Positions 8,887-18,316 are shown, counted from the stretch's first letter. The stretch: DNA of 64,000 nucleotides from an uncultured virus (IMG/VR IMGVR_UViG_3300042386_000493) (IMGVR_UViG_3300042386_000493), one strand, 5' to 3'. A program made the numbers and translations. Notes: generated from the sequence alone by a model not told the origin.

Positions 8887-9803
8887 TTGTGTATTAGTTA
8901 GTTACAACGAATTATTGGTAGACTCGATTCGTCAAGTATATCTCTTTGACGAAATGAACTTTTGCAAATATACAAACAAGTTGTTGAAAATAAGCAATAT
9001 AGAGGAAGGTTTAACAAAAATTGGATTTAACTTTTATTGTGAATATTGGGTGATAGAAACGAAGCCTGTGAAAAGTGAACGCACTAAGCTGGTAGCAGAT
9101 AGTAGCTATGGGGTAAGATTGAAACTTGAAAAAAGTGAACGTACTAGAGGGGTGTATGTGACGAAGGTAATAACTAGGATTGTTTTTGCAGAAATATGAA
9201 CGTAGGAGAGGGGTAGTCCCCCCACCAACCTAGCCCCCTCCCGCCCCCACCGAAGTCGATTTTTACGGAAGGGGTGCCCTAGAATAATCGGGAATTGAGG
9301 GAATAGGGTTTTTAGTAGAAAGGCTTGGGTTCGTCCCACCAACCTAGAAAGGAAGCAAAACACATAATAAGTAGTTATGTATAGTCTAAACAAATGTTAA
9401 ATAGGTATCGAGTGCATAAGCTAGTAAAAAAAAGTCAGAGAACACACCTTGTATATATGTATAGTATAGGAGCGAAATAGGAGCGTGAATAGGTAGAAAG
9501 TGACGGGTGAATAGGTGAGAGAATAGGAGGGTAAAGTAGCACCCCCACAAACCCCACAATCAACCTCCAATCAACCCCCTCAAAAGGGTGCAAATTTCCC
9601 GCTTTCCAGTTGTTTTTTGGTGTACGTTTTTTGCTTTCTTGTGTTTACTTTTGTTCGAAATAGGTATATTTGGTGAAAAATCTTTTGTTGAGTATCAACG
9701 AGTTATAGAGATAATTGTTAACAAATGTTAAAAAATGGGGTGTAGGTATTGACATTGTCAAATATTGGTGTATGTTTGTACCACAATAACGAACAATAAC
9801 ACA
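8887..9803. other. Divergent non-coding control region (candidate origin, genome terminus or packaging site)
   Basis: Gene orientation switches here; direct repeats, G/C runs and inverted repeats. Confidence 0.6.
9771..9778 (+). promoter_or_regulatory. Early promoter -7 element TATGTTTG, with TTGACA-T-TGTCAA palindrome at 9749-9761
   Basis: TAnnTTTG about 25 nt before ATG 9804. Confidence 0.7.
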
Positions 9804-10163
9804 ATGTATAAAATAGCTTTTCATCTAGCAAAGGGCGCGAACTTTCAAAAGTTTCAAATAAGAGACGCTAACAACGAAGCGACATACATAGAGCCTAACG
9901 ACTTCGACATAATTTTAAATAATTGCAAGTTGAAAAATCAAAAGGGCGCTTCGCTTCGCATATTTAACGGCGGCGCAAAAGAACGTTGTTCGTGGATAGA
10001 GTTTGAGTCTTATGAAATAGTAGCGAAGGCTAACTATGTATCGGATATTGAAGTGCGTTTCAACCCTAGAGTCTCACCGACTTGGTTGGTAGGCGGTGTA
10101 AACAATCAAGACAATAGCACGTTCGCTCAATTACGTACAAACGGGCGCAAAATTTACAAATAA
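9804..10163 (+). CDS. Early hypothetical protein
   Basis: Start revised to ATG 9804 after an A-rich leader. Confidence 0.75.
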   Translation: MYKIAFHLAKGANFQKFQIRDANNEATYIEPNDFDIILNNCKLKNQKGASLRIFNGGAKERCSWIEFESYEIVAKANYVSDIEVRFNPRVSPTWLVGGVNNQDNSTFAQLRTNGRKIYK

Positions 10164-10181
10164 TCAATAACAAACAATACA

Positions 10182-10331
10182 ATGAAAACTCAAAAAACAC
10201 TTTTAGCCGTTCTTATCTTAGTAGTAACTATTTCGGTTCTCTCATCTTGTCAAGGCAAGAGCCTCACCAGTAGTTCACACTATACCAAATGTACTAAAAA
10301 CGGGTTAGATGGGTGCGGATGGCACAACTAA
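10182..10331 (+). CDS. Small lipoprotein (49 aa)
   Basis: Manual: MKTQKTLLAVLILVVTISVLSSCQGK...CTKNGLDGCGWHN; lipobox LSSC. Confidence 0.7.
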   Translation: MKTQKTLLAVLILVVTISVLSSCQGKSLTSSSHYTKCTKNGLDGCGWHN

Positions 10332-10340
10332 GCAAACCAC

Positions 10341-10386
10341 CACCACCAGCGCCCCACCTCTACCAAGTTGTGGGGTTTTGGGGTGC
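10341..10386 (+). repeat. Intergenic GC-rich hairpin element, copy 1
   Basis: CACCACCA..GCCCCAC...GTGGGGT..TGG.GGTG followed by ATAATTTAAAACATAAAACAATG. Confidence 0.55.
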
Positions 10387-10416
10387 AAAGCAATACATAA
10401 TTTAAAACATAAAACA

Positions 10417-10593
10417 ATGAACAATTACTTTATTTGCAACGTAGATGATTACGGACAAAGAACGGGAACCTACACCACCGCTCAACTAAGCGAAGGCGAT
10501 ATCAAGATTGATAGCTACGGAAACAAACTAACACTTGAAGGTAGATTTCTTTATGACAACGAGATTGAAGTTATAAGAGCCTGTCAAGATTAA
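10417..10593 (+). CDS. Early hypothetical protein
   Basis: Start revised to ATG 10417. Confidence 0.65.
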   Translation: MNNYFICNVDDYGQRTGTYTTAQLSEGDIKIDSYGNKLTLEGRFLYDNEIEVIRACQD

Positions 10594-10617
10594 ACCAACC
10601 CCCATAAAATTAATACG

Positions 10618-10752
10618 ATGAAATTTGCCCTTTTAGTATCTTCTCTAGTTTGCTTGATAGCAAGCGCTTGTATCGGTGACCTATTCTTGTTTGGAATCTC
10701 AGTATTGTCACTATTCAGCTCAATTCTTCTAAACTTTCAAAAGTCTAAATAA
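10618..10752 (+). CDS. Small membrane protein (44 aa)
   Basis: Manual: MKFALLVSSLVCLIASACIGDLFLFGISVLSLFSSILLNFQKSK. Confidence 0.55.
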   Translation: MKFALLVSSLVCLIASACIGDLFLFGISVLSLFSSILLNFQKSK

Positions 10753-10771
10753 CCCTTTAAAAATTAATACA

Positions 10772-11299
10772 ATGAACACAAAAAAAACACAACTAGAAAT
10801 TAAGGTTCTTGCAATCAACTTGTTTAACGAGTTCGCTACTATCGCCGTAGCTTATGAAAACGAACACTTCAAACAATTTCTTGGTAAAGATATTTTTAAG
10901 GTTGACGGCAGCGTAAAACAAAAATACCAGCACGAACCGCAAACTTTTAAAGGCACATTGAAAGACGGAACGCACTATAGCTTTCATTACTGGTTTTCAC
11001 CTTCAAAGTATTCGTTTGATATGACAATGAAAATATGTATAAACGGAGGCAGTTATGACTTACACCCTTCAAATGCCTTTTGTTTGTACTATGAAACCAC
11101 TACCGAATTATTTGCAAAAGAAAACGGAGTATTGATTGAGTCAACAAGACAACGTCACGACTTCACAAAGCGCTATTCAGTTGATGAATTATTGAAAGCT
11201 AACGAAGCAGTAAAACAAGCGGAGGAGGTTTATAACGAAGCTAAAAAAAGCGTTCCTTACGACTTTCACTCTGTTTTAAACATTGGATATATCCGCTAA
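10772..11299 (+). CDS. Early hypothetical protein
   Basis: 175-aa ORF with A-rich leader. Confidence 0.75.
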   Translation: MNTKKTQLEIKVLAINLFNEFATIAVAYENEHFKQFLGKDIFKVDGSVKQKYQHEPQTFKGTLKDGTHYSFHYWFSPSKYSFDMTMKICINGGSYDLHPSNAFCLYYETTTELFAKENGVLIESTRQRHDFTKRYSVDELLKANEAVKQAEEVYNEAKKSVPYDFHSVLNIGYIR

Positions 11300-11322
11300 A
11301 ACCCATAAAACAATACAAGACA

Positions 11323-11550
11323 ATGAAAACAACAATAAACAACGACTTAAGAGTTTATCAAGTTATTACTAGCGCTGGTAAACAATTCTTTTGCAACATT
11401 GAACAGCTCAACTATGTAATAAACTCCGAATGTAAAAAAGGGGAGTTTAAAATATACCACTTCTGGAATAACAAACCCCAACGCTTGACTAAAAAAACCC
11501 TTAAAGAAATGTTTGAGGGTTCACAATTACAACAAGAATTTAACTACTAA
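11323..11550 (+). CDS. Early hypothetical protein
   Basis: ORF track; A-rich leader. Confidence 0.7.
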   Translation: MKTTINNDLRVYQVITSAGKQFFCNIEQLNYVINSECKKGEFKIYHFWNNKPQRLTKKTLKEMFEGSQLQQEFNY

Positions 11551-11554
11551 AGCA

Positions 11555-11740
11555 ATGATAAAAGTACTATCAGCAAACGGATACGACTATTATAAATCTG
11601 ACGCAAAAGATAGAAAAACGGCGCAAAATAATAGAGAATATTACAACCTAGTAATAGAGGGGGACACCCCACCGAGCGGAGGGTATTATGACTCCGATAT
11701 AATTTGCAGTATTAAGAAAGTCCCCAACCTATTTAAGTGA
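11555..11740 (+). CDS. Early hypothetical protein
   Basis: Start revised to ATG 11555. Confidence 0.65.
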   Translation: MIKVLSANGYDYYKSDAKDRKTAQNNREYYNLVIEGDTPPSGGYYDSDIICSIKKVPNLFK

Positions 11741-11747
11741 ACCCCAT

Positions 11748-11791
11748 CCACCACCCTTTGCCCCGCACTCACAATGCGGGGACTTGGTGGT
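11748..11791 (+). repeat. Intergenic GC-rich hairpin element, copy 2
   Basis: CCACCA...CCCCGCA...TGCGGGG..TGGTGG followed by ATAATTTAACCCATAAAACAATG. Confidence 0.55.
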
Positions 11792-11822
11792 AGAAACAAA
11801 TAATAATTTAACCCATAAAACA

Positions 11823-12119
11823 ATGAAAACAATACAACAACAATTCGACGCCCTGACAACTATCAGAGTATTTGAAATACTGGTAACTGACAAAAGGACT
11901 AACGATAAAGAATATATCCTATTCGATATAGATATAAACGGGAACAACCTAGAAGCCACACACGAAGCACTAACAACAAAGCAAGCGAAAAGCAATAAAA
12001 TAGCTTTTGTAAGTATTGAAATAGACGAGAACTTTTCTTTAGATGAAAACTTGCAAGAACTATATACCCAATGTGATAGCGCCTTAATGGCTTCGGAGTT
12101 TTTCGAAATACTAGACTAA
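11823..12119 (+). CDS. Acidic early hypothetical protein
   Basis: Start revised to ATG 11823. Confidence 0.7.
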   Translation: MKTIQQQFDALTTIRVFEILVTDKRTNDKEYILFDIDINGNNLEATHEALTTKQAKSNKIAFVSIEIDENFSLDENLQELYTQCDSALMASEFFEILD

Positions 12120-12135
12120 CATAATAAATAAACCA

Positions 12136-12414
12136 ATGAAAACTTTACAGAAATTCGCAGAAATGCACAACCTTGAACTCGTGACTATAAACTATAGAAA
12201 CCAAGGTTTAAGAGTAACGCGCAAAGGATACGACCTAATAAACGAGAATCGAGAAATAAAACTCTCTTTAGAGCCTGTCTTCTATTCTAATGGGGATAAA
12301 TGGCTAGTAAGAGAGGGACACACGCCGCACACCTACTTAAAAAGTGTTAGCAAGTCTTTTCTCGATTCAATAGACTTGAGTAAGCCAACACGCACCCGTC
12401 TAAAAAACTATTAA
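12136..12414 (+). CDS. Early hypothetical protein
   Basis: ORF track. Confidence 0.7.
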   Translation: MKTLQKFAEMHNLELVTINYRNQGLRVTRKGYDLINENREIKLSLEPVFYSNGDKWLVREGHTPHTYLKSVSKSFLDSIDLSKPTRTRLKNY

Positions 12415-12425
12415 GAAAAATACTA

Positions 12426-12512
12426 ATGCAACCTAACAAACTATTCAACCTCCTATTAACCCTCCTATTCGTAGCTTATTTAATATGGCTATTGAGCTGG
12501 ATAACACAATAA
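12426..12512 (+). CDS. Single-TM peptide (28 aa)
   Basis: Manual: MQPNKLFNLLLTLLFVAYLIWLLSWITQ fills the intergenic gap. Confidence 0.45.
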   Translation: MQPNKLFNLLLTLLFVAYLIWLLSWITQ

Positions 12513-12515
12513 ACA

Positions 12516-12995
12516 ATGAAAAATGTAATTTTAATTCAAAATATTAACGGCAGATACGCGCACGCTGGATATGCTGGTGCAATTATTTGGAAAGATAATG
12601 TATGCAAAGCAATTCATTTTAATAAACTAAAAGACGCAAAGCAATACGCAAAAGATAATTCCGAAGCACTAAAAATGAATGTAAAATTTCAAAAGGTTTC
12701 TTTTATATACTTCATTGAAAAATCTTTTGTTGACTATGTAAGGTTTGAGTCGGGCGATAGGTTTGGGCAAATTGGGTGTATTGATATTTATTCGGTATGG
12801 GGCAAAAGCACAAAAGCAGTTAAAGACTGGAATAATAATGAAAAACTATTTGCTATTAATACTTATGGCGGGAGGTTTGGAAGTTATGACGGAATAATGG
12901 GGTTAAGCGGAGTTAAAAGCGATAGCTTAAAAGCACAATGTTTGGAAGCATATCACAACGGCGAACGTTATAAAAGCGCTATGACATCTTGGTAA
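12516..12995 (+). CDS. Early hypothetical protein
   Basis: 159-aa ORF. Confidence 0.7.
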   Translation: MKNVILIQNINGRYAHAGYAGAIIWKDNVCKAIHFNKLKDAKQYAKDNSEALKMNVKFQKVSFIYFIEKSFVDYVRFESGDRFGQIGCIDIYSVWGKSTKAVKDWNNNEKLFAINTYGGRFGSYDGIMGLSGVKSDSLKAQCLEAYHNGERYKSAMTSW

Positions 12996-13022
12996 ATTAA
13001 CAAATAAAAAACACAATAAACA

Positions 13023-13220
13023 ATGAGCAACGTAAAAACAAGTTACCAGCTTTGTAAGCAAGAATACATAGAACTATGTAAAGTGTTCGGTTCACATTCA
13101 ATAGATATGGCAATAGGAGACCTAAAAGCATATTACAAATATGTTTGGAAAGATAACTTACAACGAGATTTTATAGAAATGTTAAATACACCTTGTCACG
13201 ACTGGCAAGCGGACTGTTAA
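13023..13220 (+). CDS. Early hypothetical protein
   Basis: ORF track. Confidence 0.65.
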   Translation: MSNVKTSYQLCKQEYIELCKVFGSHSIDMAIGDLKAYYKYVWKDNLQRDFIEMLNTPCHDWQADC

Positions 13221-13241
13221 ACAATCAAACCACATAAAGCA

Positions 13242-13388
13242 ATGAAACAAAGAATAGAGATGCTATACCTTAGCTATGTAAACGACTTTTTAACAGTCGG
13301 CAGATTCTCTGAATACTACAATATTACCATAGAAAAGGCAAATAAAATTATCAATCTAGGAAGAAAACTAAACAATACAAAACAATGA
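13242..13388 (+). CDS. Small early protein (48 aa)
   Basis: Manual: MKQRIEMLYLSYVNDFLTVGRFSEYYNI...; ATGA overlap with the next gene. Confidence 0.65.
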   Translation: MKQRIEMLYLSYVNDFLTVGRFSEYYNITIEKANKIINLGRKLNNTKQ

Positions 13389-13783
13389 AACAACAATTTA
13401 CCAACGTAGTATCTCTAGTGGATACCAAAAATGTTAAAGCCGTTCTTAATAGTTCAACTTGGGACTACGAGTATAGCGGACACCAAACAAAAGGCTCGAC
13501 TATTGTGGCAATCATTAATAGACTTGAAAAGGGACTGTTTAGTGAGAAGGCAATAATTGAAAAGCTGGACGAATGTAAAACATACGACTCTAGTGTAACT
13601 ATTTTCGACGATTACTATAACGAAATACACCCCTATAAAGTAGGCGAAGATTTAGACTTATCCGACCTCATCGACAACGTGAACTACTGGTTCGCTCAAT
13701 TCATCGCTAGTGATATGGCGGCAGCAATGATACCTGACGAACACAAGCACGTACTAGAATCCTATACTTTTTCAATCAAATAA
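13385..13783 (+). CDS. Acidic early hypothetical protein
   Basis: 132-aa ORF. Confidence 0.7.
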   Translation: MKQQFTNVVSLVDTKNVKAVLNSSTWDYEYSGHQTKGSTIVAIINRLEKGLFSEKAIIEKLDECKTYDSSVTIFDDYYNEIHPYKVGEDLDLSDLIDNVNYWFAQFIASDMAAAMIPDEHKHVLESYTFSIK

Positions 13784-13801
13784 CCCAATACACATAAAGC
13801 A

Positions 13802-14053
13802 ATGAAAACCAAAGTACAATATTTAATTCATCCCGAAGACGAAACGCGAACAATCTTCGCACTATTCACAGACCTAAAAGAAGGAACGAACACCGTTCTA
13901 TCTTATGAACACGTAGGGCAACATTCTGAATGCAGTTTAGAATATGCTGATGAATGTTATGAGGCAGCCCCCGACCAATACGAAGACCTACACAAAGAGT
14001 TGACTAACTTGGTAGGATATGATTTAGAAGTAATAAACGAATACAATTTGTAA
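13802..14053 (+). CDS. Acidic early protein with SYxHVGQHS motif
   Basis: IFALF...SYEHVGQHS...YEDLHKEL...GYDL. Confidence 0.7.
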   Translation: MKTKVQYLIHPEDETRTIFALFTDLKEGTNTVLSYEHVGQHSECSLEYADECYEAAPDQYEDLHKELTNLVGYDLEVINEYNL

Positions 14054-14054
14054 G

Positions 14055-14375
14055 ATGAAACAATTACTAGACCTTTGCGCCTCTATAATAGAAGCGACAA
14101 CAACGCCCGATATTAAACCTATAACTCATTCTATTCACGTAGTTAGTGACAGTATTGAGGGTAAAGTATTTATTGATACTAGTTACGCACTCCTAACTGT
14201 TACAAGCACCCGAAAAGATTTGTATACTGAAATTACCATAAACTTAAAACAATCCACAGACCGACAGCCAGTTGAAGTTATTGAGGAACTAACTAGCATA
14301 GCCCTAAAAGAATGGAGCGAATGCACGTCCGAGTATTTGATTGATAACAAGATAAAAAACCTATTGAAAAAATGA
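14055..14375 (+). CDS. Early hypothetical protein
   Basis: ORF track. Confidence 0.65.
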   Translation: MKQLLDLCASIIEATTTPDIKPITHSIHVVSDSIEGKVFIDTSYALLTVTSTRKDLYTEITINLKQSTDRQPVEVIEELTSIALKEWSECTSEYLIDNKIKNLLKK

Positions 14376-14544
14376 GTCAAGAAATATTTAGCCACAACGC
14401 GACCATCTACGAGGGTTCACTCAAACAAGCCCTGAACGCCTACAAAGCATTAAACCGTAGTTACTTGACTATTGGAATATTGCACGATGCGGAAGCGTAC
14501 ACCTTTGAAGATTATTTGAAAGATAACTATAAAACCATAAAACT

Positions 14545-14799
14545 ATGAACACAATATACAAAAGACCTGACAGATTTAAAAAACTGAACACTAAAGAAGT
14601 ATTAGAAGCTATGATAAATGGCGCTATACTAGTAAAAACATACGGTGTGTACTCTTATTGGAGTCTAGAATTTTCTGATGGAAGCAAACACTACAACATT
14701 AGAAAAGGCGCAGCCCAAAGTGCTACATCTAGTAAAAATGTAGTTTTGATTGAGGCAAATAAACACGGCGCTTCTTATAAAATAACCCAACCACAATGA
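14545..14799 (+). CDS. Early hypothetical protein
   Basis: ORF track. Confidence 0.65.
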   Translation: MNTIYKRPDRFKKLNTKEVLEAMINGAILVKTYGVYSYWSLEFSDGSKHYNIRKGAAQSATSSKNVVLIEANKHGASYKITQPQ

Positions 14800-15059
14800 A
14801 AAAAGTATATTTCACTTGCCCAATAGCTTTCGCGCTATACATTAAGGGTGAACCCCAAGAAATACCCTCCTATCGAAACAAGCGAAAAAACGTCATTGAA
14901 TACTATTTGAACGGAAGCCTAGTCGGAAAGCAAGTGACCACCGAGAATGACGTATTTGGGGGCTGGATAGACACACTTTCTATACCCATACCAAAGGAGA
15001 ACCTCAAAAAAAGAAATGCGTTGTCCTATGACTACGTAAAGCATTCAGACAAAGGATAA
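14796..15059 (+). CDS. Early hypothetical protein
   Basis: ORF track; ATGA overlap. Confidence 0.65.
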   Translation: MKKVYFTCPIAFALYIKGEPQEIPSYRNKRKNVIEYYLNGSLVGKQVTTENDVFGGWIDTLSIPIPKENLKKRNALSYDYVKHSDKG

Positions 15060-15230
15060 GGGGTTAATAGCGTACAAAAATAGAAAGGCAAAACGATTGA
15101 ATGTTAAATAGTGTAAAAAATTGTAACAAAGCTATTTAACGATTATATTTACACCCATAAAAACAAATCAAACAATGAAAATATTGTACTGGATTTTGAT
15201 GCGTTTAGCAAAACAAATAAACGAAAGAAA

Positions 15231-15416
15231 ATGACACCAACCCAATTTATAGCAGAATACGAAGAGTACCTAAACATAGACGCATTGGCTAGGTTTGCTG
15301 GAATGAACAAAGTAAGTTTCAGAGACCGAATAAAGGACGAGGCAAAACATCACTTGATTGATGAAGCTACAAAGAACCTGTTTCTAGATATGCGTAATAA
15401 ACTTAATAAGATATGA
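15231..15416 (+). CDS. Small HTH-like protein
   Basis: LNIDALARFAGMNKVSFRDRI resembles a helix-turn-helix. Confidence 0.5.
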   Translation: MTPTQFIAEYEEYLNIDALARFAGMNKVSFRDRIKDEAKHHLIDEATKNLFLDMRNKLNKI

Positions 15417-15573
15417 CGTACCGCCTCATCTACCAGCTCGGAAGCAAATGGATGCCCCTCACGAATCCTTGTAGCTACGCCCTATGTAAGTTCAAAGAGA
15501 AAGAATACAAGGGAAGGAAAGGCTTTGTAAAGCTACACATAGTTAAAGCGGAAACCGATTTAAGCACCCATAT

Positions 15574-15786
15574 ATGGCAGTAAAAAGGGAGTTAAGGGCT
15601 AGAAGAATAACTTTATTCTTTATCGACAACCCCTTTCCGCTTAACAAAGTAGCTAAGATATACTACCCCCTGCGTTCTTACAAACTGATGAAGAGGGTGT
15701 TTCAAGACAATAACACGTATGTAGACGAAGACCTAAAGGCGTGGGAATTTATAATAAAACGAATCAAAAAACAAATAACAAAATGA
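15574..15786 (+). CDS. Hypothetical protein
   Basis: ORF track. Confidence 0.55.
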   Translation: MAVKRELRARRITLFFIDNPFPLNKVAKIYYPLRSYKLMKRVFQDNNTYVDEDLKAWEFIIKRIKKQITK

Positions 15787-16277
15787 AAGCAACAGTAATC
15801 ACCGTCTATGATAACGACGGCAAAGAAATTAAGAACGTGTCAACTGAGATAGTTCTCAATGGCGAGACTTATGTGAAAAGGGAAATGGATAACCCACTAC
15901 CATCTACTCCAGCCAAACCAATTTGGGAAACGTGCCGTGAGACGATGTGGTACTATAATCCATACAAATGGATAGGCACTTCAGATGAGGAGGGAACTAG
16001 TCAGCAAGATTCTTCATTATGCAAACTCAACAAACACCTGAACGCCCTTGCCTATCTTTCAGAAGTGGCGCGACGATGCAACGGGGATAGGGTGGTGGAG
16101 TGGGCAAATAATAAGCAAGATAAATTTACTGTTCAACGGTGGGATAATAATTTGAGTAAATTTGTACGCTGTGCGATTTTCCAACAAATAGCATTCCTCG
16201 ATATAGAAGCCCGTGACCATTCATTCGAAGTTGACCTTCACATTTGGAATGATTACTATGGATTGCCAAATGAATAA
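15783..16277 (+). CDS. Hypothetical protein
   Basis: Start revised to ATG 15783. Confidence 0.7.
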   Translation: MKATVITVYDNDGKEIKNVSTEIVLNGETYVKREMDNPLPSTPAKPIWETCRETMWYYNPYKWIGTSDEEGTSQQDSSLCKLNKHLNALAYLSEVARRCNGDRVVEWANNKQDKFTVQRWDNNLSKFVRCAIFQQIAFLDIEARDHSFEVDLHIWNDYYGLPNE

Positions 16278-16302
16278 CCAGTATAAATAAAACACAGACA
16301 AA

Positions 16303-16503
16303 ATGAAACTAAAACAATACATTATTTTAATCAATGAATTTGCAAAACAAAATCCCGAAACACTAGATTTTGACGTTATTTTCTCGTCTGATGATGAAGG
16401 AAATAGCTTTCATTTGATTAACTACCCGATAAGTAAGGGACACTTTAGCGGATATGAGTATGACACGAGCAGCGAAACTCCCAATTCTGTATGTATAAAT
16501 TAA
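16303..16503 (+). CDS. Small phage protein with SDDEGN motif
   Basis: VIFSSDDEGNSFH. Confidence 0.7.
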   Translation: MKLKQYIILINEFAKQNPETLDFDVIFSSDDEGNSFHLINYPISKGHFSGYEYDTSSETPNSVCIN

Positions 16504-16512
16504 AAAAACAAA

Positions 16513-16875
16513 ATGAAAAGAAGGGCGTCAAGAATACAACGGGCTAGAAACGAACAAGTCAATAAGCTGGAGGTTAGACTCAACAAACTTCGCGTAGAGC
16601 AATCCCTTGTTAGACGCACCAAGACCTTGATGTTGAAGATACCAATGTTGTATCGGACGAGCGGAAAGGCGATAGTATTCTTTGACTACTTGTTTTTAGA
16701 AATAGAGCCAAATATTCTTAAAAGACGAAATCGGTTAAAAAGAATATTTAACTTGCGCCCAATCTCAAGCGACAAACCTTATATCGAGATTATGATTAAG
16801 GAGTCTGCAAAACACCGCAAACGAAGTAGATTACTAGGTATTAAACACGGATTAATCAAAATAACAAAACAATGA
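16513..16875 (+). CDS. Very basic hypothetical protein
   Basis: Arg/Lys-rich 120-aa ORF. Confidence 0.6.
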   Translation: MKRRASRIQRARNEQVNKLEVRLNKLRVEQSLVRRTKTLMLKIPMLYRTSGKAIVFFDYLFLEIEPNILKRRNRLKRIFNLRPISSDKPYIEIMIKESAKHRKRSRLLGIKHGLIKITKQ

Positions 16876-17483
16876 ATCTTTTACAAAAATTACACGACAT
16901 TCAAGAGAAAGTATCAGGACTTGGTAAAGACAAAGACACCAAGAGTCAGTACAACCCTAACGGATTTAAGTACGTTACTGGTGACAAAGTAATAAGCGCA
17001 ATTAAACCGCTTATGAATACGCACAAAATCATTCTCAAACAAGAAATTATGAGTATGCACAACCAACCCATTACTTATGTCAATGCTAAGGGTAATAACA
17101 AGACCGAGGTTTTAACATCTATGACGTTCAAGTTTACTTGGATTGACACGGAAAGCGGAGAAAGAGAAGAGTGTTTGTTTGCTGCCAATGGTATGAACGA
17201 CTTTGATAAGGGAGCTGGGAGCGCTTGCACATACGGTTCTCGTTACTTCCTTCTAAAGTTCTTCCTTATTGCTACCGACGAGGACGATGTTGATGCTATC
17301 GTGCGCGACTATATGGATAGCCAACCAGCTCAACCCACCCCTAAAAAAGTAGCTATCACCGCCGACAAAGTAGACGGCTTGGTAAAGTGGATGAAAGACA
17401 ATAACAAAAGTATTGTGGAGGTAAAGGAATTGTATACTATCTCCGCAGATATTGAGAAACAAATTAACGAAAAACTTAAATGA
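16872..17483 (+). CDS. ERF-family ssDNA-annealing protein
   Basis: LLQKLHDIQ...FKYV...IKPLMNTHKI...DKGAGSACTYGSRYFLLKFFLIATDEDDVD. Confidence 0.85.
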   Translation: MNLLQKLHDIQEKVSGLGKDKDTKSQYNPNGFKYVTGDKVISAIKPLMNTHKIILKQEIMSMHNQPITYVNAKGNNKTEVLTSMTFKFTWIDTESGEREECLFAANGMNDFDKGAGSACTYGSRYFLLKFFLIATDEDDVDAIVRDYMDSQPAQPTPKKVAITADKVDGLVKWMKDNNKSIVEVKELYTISADIEKQINEKLK

Positions 17484-17606
17484 AATTCCTTACCGACCAA
17501 GAACGTGAAAGGCTAAAAGTTAGAAACCGAATAGCCAACCATTTCACACACCACTCTCAACGAGAGTTATCAATCATCGAATTACAAACCATTCACACAA
17601 TCATTT

Positions 17607-18071
17607 ATGGAACAAATACAGATAGTAAACACGAAGTTATTGACTAAGGTCGGAATCACCGAAACCGCCAGCCAAATAGTTCAAGCCCTAGACAACGGAG
17701 ATGTAAACCCCCTAGACCTCAAATTAGCATTTAAAGCTATTGAGGATTTAGGAAAGAAGGTTAAGGGTAGTTTAGATACCCACCTAGTAGAAGAAGCCTC
17801 TAAATACACTAAAACGTTTATGTATAAGGGGTCGGAGTTCACCACGATGGAAGCTGGAACTAGATACGACTACTCCGAATGCGGACACCCTGAATACAAC
17901 GACTTAGTAGCCCAAATCAAAGTGTTGGACGCTAGAAAGAAAGAAATTGAGGAAGACTTGAAGGGTATTAAGGGAAGTAGAACGGAGGTTATTGAGAGTA
18001 CGGGAGAGATTGTCAAGCTATACCCTCCTAAAAAGACAAGCACAACAACAGTATCAACAACAATCAAATGA
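17607..18071 (+). CDS. Conserved Bacteroidota-phage protein next to ERF
   Basis: GDVNPLD...EAGTRYDYSECG...PPKKTSTT. Confidence 0.7.
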   Translation: MEQIQIVNTKLLTKVGITETASQIVQALDNGDVNPLDLKLAFKAIEDLGKKVKGSLDTHLVEEASKYTKTFMYKGSEFTTMEAGTRYDYSECGHPEYNDLVAQIKVLDARKKEIEEDLKGIKGSRTEVIESTGEIVKLYPPKKTSTTTVSTTIK

Positions 18072-18316
18072 AAGCAGTAAAAGGAATAGTTAGGCTCAAA
18101 CCTATAATCGAGTATCGCTCCGAACTCCTTAACGTTCAAAACAAGACCGTCATCCAATGTATCGTAACCGATGCTGGAGAGGGGTGTGAATGTAAAGTAG
18201 GGGACAAGGTTCTTATCCGTAAGACTCCCGTATTTAAATTTGAGATTGAAGGTATTGACGGGGAATTGCTCGTAAACGAAGAAAAAACAATAATCGGAAT
18301 ATTCAATGAAAGCTAG
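18068..18316 (+). CDS. GroES-like co-chaperonin domain protein
   Basis: IVRLKP...CIVTDAGEG..CKVGDKVLI...FEIEG...LLVNEE.TIIGIF fits the Cpn10 pattern. Confidence 0.6.
   Translation: MKAVKGIVRLKPIIEYRSELLNVQNKTVIQCIVTDAGEGCECKVGDKVLIRKTPVFKFEIEGIDGELLVNEEKTIIGIFNES

Noticed and set aside
8915..9393. ORFs 8915-9199 (+) and 9106-9393 (-)
   Set aside because: Non-ATG starts; they overlap promoters and DNA-level repeats; the repeated KSERT peptide simply reflects the nucleotide repeat
9060..9540. Mini-CRISPR array suggested by the ~61-bp periodic repeats
   Set aside because: Only 2-3 short degenerate copies, no palindromic 25-37-nt repeat and no cas genes
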